From NCBI GenBank assembly GCA_964016885.1, contig OZ024745.1:23312001-23376000 (forward strand): DNA of 64,000 bases. Direction: 5' to 3'. The notes under the pieces are model-generated. The model had not been told where the DNA came from and did no database searches. It was given only the letters and a program-made list of their open reading frames with translations. The position numbers and the translations under genes are program-made. Origin of the DNA: Eledone cirrhosa. Its lineage: Eukaryota. Shown here piece by piece: positions 57,867 through 64,000 of this stretch; the stretch's first letter is position 1, and the number at the start of each line of letters is the position of its first letter.

Positions 57867-57984
57867 GGAGACCAGTGTGTTTTTGTTGTTTTGCTTTGTT
57901 TCTTGTTTCTGTTATTTATCATCGGTCCTTGGTTGGAACCATGAATAAACCAATTAACTCATACTGGCCCAGTTTGAGCTCTAT

Positions 57985-58405
57985 GGGTGTGACTACGGGT
58001 TGTTGGGATGTGATGGTGTGCTCTATGAGTGTGACAACGAGTAAATGGAGTGTGACAGTGAGCTCCCTCAGTGTGACAACGAGTAAATGGAGTGTGACGG
58101 TGAGCTCCCTCAGTGTGACAACGAGTAAATGGAGTGTGACGGTGAGCTCCCTCAGTGTGACAACGAATAAGTGGAGTGTGACGGTGAGCTCTCTCAGTGT
58201 GACGGTCAGCTCCCTCAGTGTGACAACGAGTAAGTGGAGTGTGACGGTGAGCTCTCTCAGTGTGACGGTGAGCTCCCTCAGTGTGACAATGAGTAAGTGG
58301 AGTGTGACGGTGAGCTCTCTCAGTGTGACGGTGAGCTCCCTCAGTGTGACAACGAGTAAGTGGAGTGTGACGGTGAGCTCCCTCAGTGGGACAGTATAGG
58401 TGACG
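57985..58405. repeat. 21-bp minisatellite with two alternating unit types
   Basis: agtgtgacggtgagctccctc / agtgtgacaacgagtaagtgg. Confidence 0.9.
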
Positions 58406-59294
58406 GTAAATCAATTGATTGATGAGGATTTTATTTCCTGGTTGAAGCTCTCCCACCTTGCCTATGTCTATATTTACTCAGCACCACAACTACCAACATT
58501 AATTTAAACCAAGTCAAAAACAGAAGTGTTACTATAGGTTTGGCACATAGGATCAGTAGAAATAGGGTGAATATGTTGTAATTAATGTCTGTGATGTTAA
58601 TTTTGAGGGATCAATTCAAGTCTTCCTATAGGAAATTGTACAGTTATGACAGTAAGACATCCTGTCAACGAAAGGTGTCAACAACACGACGTTAAAATTA
58701 GTTTCAGTTGAGCCTATGGGCAATATTTTATATCAAATAACTGATTAAATTTCATATAGAAAGTCATTTAAACTTGATGTACAAGAATTTAGATGTTATT
58801 GCTAAGTTAAGGAGGGAAATTACTCCAAAGATATGCAATATATGTTTGCATAAATGAAATATATTCCCCACTTCAGTATAAGCTATCATCTTGCACAGAT
58901 ATCCATCCTTTATTTATCGTTAATTCTATAAAAATGCATGATTTTTCTAAGAACCTTGAATAATTATTTGATATTCAACTGGAATGTCTTAAACGTCAGT
59001 TTATAATTGTTAACATTTGTAAATAGACTGAAACCTATTCCTGACTGTTAGGCAACATAAAATAAAGAGCTCTGACAAGAAATATAAACAAGATGTATGT
59101 AATATATTAACTTATGATTAGTTAGTTGTTTAATGGCTTAGTCACATGAGACTTTATAACTATTTGTTTGTATGTACGGGAGGTCAACTTTGCTTTTTAT
59201 ACATTCATGGTCGATAAAAAATGTACTACTCTTATACTGGGGTCGATTCTTCATCTATACCCGTTTCTCATTTCCAGCCTCCTCCCTCAATCCA

Positions 59295-59359
<65 letters not shown>

Positions 59360-59453
59360 GTTGAACACTGGGAGGTAATATCCGTAGTGGTAGAGCACTC
59401 AGTCCATGGGACGAGTTAGGTAGAAGTGGTAACACAACAGTTAGTTCACCATA

Positions 59454-59493
59454 CCGAGAACAATTGTTTCACCTTCGCGGATCTTCAGCTCGG
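59454..59493 (-). ncRNA. Minimal type I hammerhead ribozyme of PLE pLTR
   Basis: Reverse complement of 60279-60318. Confidence 0.8.
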
Positions 59494-60278
59494 GATGTAT
59501 ATGGTTATAGGAACAGGAAGGACAACCGTACGAAAACGCATGCGCAGAAACTCGGTCACTTCACACAGGCAATAGTAGACTGCGTGCGGGGGGTGTAAGG
59601 AAGATAACTGTGAAACTCCGGAAAGTTTTTGGGTTGAAAATAAAAATAAATAAATTAAAAATTCAAAAAAAATTCAAAGAATCAGTCCGGAGCCTTGTAG
59701 TTATGTAATAGATGTTTGGTGTCGTGTGGACAACGTGTGAAAAATTCACTCTCGTGTTTAGGCAATCACTATTGCGTAATCTCTTTAGGATAGTTATTCG
59801 TTCGTCAATACATAAGCCACACGTCAGATTTCCCCTTGCGTATGGCTTGGACTTAGTGATGGCTTTCCATTGAATGGAGTACCCTATTCAATGGAAAGCC
59901 ATCACTAAGTCCAAGCCATACGCAAGGGGAAATCTGACGTGTGGCTTATGTATTGACGAACGAATAACTATCCTAAAGAGATAATGCAATAGTGATTGCC
60001 TAAACATGAGAAGTGAATTTTTCAAACGTTGTCCACACGTCACCAAACATCTATTACATAACTACAAGGCTCCGAACTGATTCTTTGTAATTTTATTTTT
60101 ATTTTTTAAATTTTTTTTAAAATTTTATTTTCAACCAAAAAACTTTCCGGACTTTCGCAGTTATCTCCCTTACACCCCCCCCCCACACGCAGTCTACTAT
60201 TGCCTGTGTGAAGTGACCGAGAGTCTGCGCATGCGCGTTCGTACGGTTGTCTTTCCTGTTCCTATAACCATATACATC

Positions 60279-60318
60279 CCGAGCTGAAGATCCGCGAAGG
60301 TGAAACAATTGTTCTCGG
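60279..60318 (+). ncRNA. Minimal type I hammerhead ribozyme of PLE pLTR
   Basis: ccgag CTGAAGA t cc gcgaa gg t GAAA caattg TT ctcgg. Confidence 0.8.
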
Positions 60319-60419
60319 TACTCGGTATGGTGAACTAACTGTTGTGTAACCACTTCTATCTAACTCGTCCCTTGGACTGAGTGCTCTACCACTACGGATA
60401 TTACCTTCCAGTGTTCCAC

Positions 60420-60690
<271 letters not shown>

Positions 60691-60775
60691 AACCGTTCTA
60701 CGGTTCTTATATATTTGATATATATTTATCCTTATCGAGCCCTCTTTCGATTTTAGTCTTCAAATTTATTATTAT

Positions 60776-60829
<54 letters not shown>

Positions 60830-60832
<3 letters not shown>

Positions 60833-61573
60833 TCACGATAAATTAACGGAGCCATAGACTCTCGTTATTCCCTGTCAATAATGTGCTCAAAGGAAAAGGA
60901 ATCCTGAGCTCTTTAAAATACAATATGTTGAAAAGGTACCACACTAGAGAGAGAGAGTGTGCCATCAATGAAACAGGGGAGCCACCAGTGTATGGAATCT
61001 ATACTCTATGGAAGGCAGGGTAGACACACAATAATTAAAAATATAAATTAAAATGTATTTACACACCTCTATAACTATATAACACACGAGTACAAATCCA
61101 AAGAGATCTGTTTCGCCAGAAAGTTGTTGACTGAAATGGAATAACCTATGGTTCATCAGCACGTACAAGACTATACATTCCAGACAACTGTAAGAGAATC
61201 TAAAGCGACCGTCCAGCTACACACGGCAGAGAGATGTCAGAGCGTGTTTAGGGCAGTGAACCAGTGGTGTCTGAGGGACGAGCTGCTAGAAAGGGCAGCT
61301 CCCAAACCACTAGAAGTGTGCTCAACCAAACAGAGAGAGAGGAAAGACTGTTATAAGGAGCGAAATATCACGATAAATTAACGGACCCATAGACACTCGT
61401 TATTCCTTGTCAATAATGTGTTTAAGAGGTGCGTATATACATTTTAATTTATATTTTTAATTATTATGTGTCTACCTTGCTTTCCATAGGTTATAGATTC
61501 CATACACTGGTGGTTTTCCCTGTTTTATTGATGGCACACTCTCTCACTAGTGTGTTACCTTTTCAACATATTG

Positions 61574-61578
<5 letters not shown>
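60830..61578. repeat. Mixed direct and inverted repeat module between (TA)n tracts
   Basis: Direct 60832-60884 / 61367-61420; inverted about 60917-61071 / 61425-61578. Confidence 0.8.
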
Positions 61579-61623
<45 letters not shown>

Positions 61624-61655
61624 AGATCAAAAGATGGTTAAAGGAGTTCCATATA

Positions 61656-61722
61656 TTTTATTATGCGCATTTCAAAAACAAACATCATCAAGCAATAATA
61701 TTTGTGTTTTCATCAGATAAAA
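61656..61722 (-). ncRNA. Type I hammerhead ribozyme, 16-bp stem II
   Basis: ttttat CTGATGA aaacacaaatattatt gctt gatgatgtttgttttt GAAA tgcgca TA ataaaa. Confidence 0.82.
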
Positions 61723-61836
61723 CAGAAGAACATGATATGAAGGCTAAAAAACACTTGTGGATAGTGCAGTTTTAAATCAACATATCCGATATCTGCATTG
61801 CTTTATTGTACTACAATAAAACTCACCTCCTACATA

Positions 61837-61922
<86 letters not shown>

Positions 61923-62005
61923 CGTGTATTCAGAGTGTCTCCCAAAACGTATACACGCTTTGATTAGAATGCTGTTGAAGTGTGTATAAATATTTTGAGG
62001 CACCC

Positions 62006-62089
<84 letters not shown>

Positions 62090-62197
62090 TATATCCCCAG
62101 GGACTGTGACGTGAATGGTCACTCTAGGTTCACTCAGGTGAGCACTCGATGTTTAGGTTCACGTCAGTGGCGAGGTGTAGAGCTAGATAGAGTGCAA

Positions 62198-62385
62198 TAT
62201 AATTGTTTCTATTTTTGGCACAAGGCAGCAAATGCCCAGTGTATTACTGGTACTTTATTTTATCGACCCCGTAAGGATGAAAGGCAAAGTTAACCTCGGC
62301 GGGATTTGAACTGAGATCATAAAGGGAAGTAACTCTATGCTTCAAAGCATCGTTTCCAACTCTCTACCGCTACTGCCACTCCACC
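62198..62385 (-). mobile_element. SINE family 1
   Basis: Matches 1078-1264. Confidence 0.75.
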
Positions 62386-62710
62386 GACTTTACGGCAGAG
62401 AGTAATATAAGGATACAAGGACGATTTGTTAAGCCTTCCTTACGTTTATTGATTGGTGAGGCGCGTTTCACTATTGATCAGCTCAAGGTTCGATCTGGCC
62501 GGACTCTGTAATCAAAAGCTCGATGGCGCAGCTCCATCACCTGATTATGATGCAAGACAGGACGATCTCATCAGGTGTCATCCGCAGATTAGGTTCACCC
62601 CAAACATAGCTTGGAAGATAAGGAAAAGAAAATACAGGACTAAAAATAAAAAATTCGATTGAGGGACTCCCTACAAAAACAGCTGATATGTTGATATGAG
62701 GCAGTCAGCC

Positions 62711-62980
62711 TCATCATCATCATCGTCATCGTCATCATCGTCATCATCATCGTCATCATCATCATCATCATCATCGTCATCATCATCATCATCGTCATCA
62801 TCATCATTGTCATCGTCATCATCCTCATCGTCATCATCATCATCGCCATCATCATCATCGTCATCGTCATCATCGTTGTCGTCGTCATCACCACCACCAC
62901 CACCACCACCACCACCACCACCACCACCACCACCACCACCACCACCACCACTACCACCACAACAACAACAACAAAACAAA
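62711..62980. repeat. (TCA/TCG)n-(CCA)n-(CAA)n compound microsatellite
   Basis: Direct reading. Confidence 0.95.
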
Positions 62981-63054
62981 ACGGTAAAAAACATGAAATC
63001 TAATCTGAAAAGAATTGAAGAGTTAATAGGAAAATATTAATCATCTTTCTTTAA

Positions 63055-63945
63055 TATATATATTGTCACCATACATACACACACATACACACACATACAC
63101 ACACATACACATACACACACATACACACACATACACATACATACACACACATACACACACATACACATACACATACACATACACATACATACACACACAT
63201 ACACACACATACACACACATACACATATATATATTGTCACCATCTCTCCATAGTGTCTATAGCACACATACATACACACACATACATACACATACACATA
63301 TATATATTGTCACCATCTCTCCATAGTGTCTATAGCACACATACATACACACACATACACACACATACACACACATACACATATATATATTGTCACCATC
63401 TCCCATAGTGTCTATAGCACACATACATACACACACATACACACACATACACACACATACACATATATATATTGTCGCCATCTCTACATAGTGTCTATAG
63501 CACACACACATACACACACATACATACACACGCATACACATATATATATTGTCACCATCTCTCCATAGTGTCTATAGCACACATACATACACACACATAC
63601 ACACATACATACACATACCCACACATATATACATACATACAGACACACACATACATACATACATACATACATACATACATACATACATACATACATACAT
63701 ACATACATACATACATACATACATACACATACATACATACACATACATACACAGTTATATACATACATACATACATACATACATACACATACATACACAT
63801 ATATATATTGTCACCATCTCTCCATAGTGTCTATAGCACACATACATACACATATACAGTTATATACATACATACATACACACACATACACACATACACA
63901 TATGTTATCACCATCTGTACATAGTGTCTATAGCACACATATACA
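63055..63945. repeat. Minisatellite: about 35-bp constant block plus variable (CA/TA) tract, about 8 units
   Basis: tatattgtcaccatctctccatagtgtctatagcacac recurs every 70-260 bp. Confidence 0.9.
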
Positions 63946-64000
63946 CACATACATATATATATATATAGAGAGAGAGGCACATACATACAGAGAGGTACAT

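Noticed and set aside
51346-57922. Three ORFs over 2100 aa on the - strand
   Set aside because: The 19-bp unit has no stop in any - frame, so all frames give the same 19-aa cycle; artefact of the satellite
57875-58456. 174-aa and 165-aa repetitive ORFs
   Set aside because: Products of the 21-bp minisatellite
63055-63945. Repeat-spacer pattern resembling CRISPR
   Set aside because: Spacers are CA/TA microsatellites of variable length, there are no cas genes, and the context is eukaryotic

Overview
AT-rich, repeat-dominated eukaryotic DNA; the repeat repertoire resembles a cephalopod (Octopus-like) genome, which is an inference. I recognise no intact host protein-coding gene, and almost all listed ORFs are microsatellite or satellite artefacts. 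Contents: three large satellites (29, 30 and 19 bp units), many SINE copies, a mariner-derived MITE family, an internally deleted mariner, a non-autonomous Helitron, a 3' fragment of an RLE-type (R4/Dong-like) LINE, and Penelope-like element (PLE) remnants encoding a GIY-YIG domain. The main hidden signal lies between about 28.7 and 61.7 kb. There I read 11 minimal type I hammerhead ribozymes with intact cores (CUGANGA, stem II, GAAA, palindromic stem III, UH, stem I) and about 7 degenerate or atypical ones, from several unrelated sequence families. Most sit in fold-back modules embedded in (TA)n, always with 5' ends joined centrally and 3' ends pointing outward. One module is an ORF-less ~510-bp tandem unit bounded by two ribozymes (retrozyme-like). 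All structures were folded by eye, and no activity is shown.
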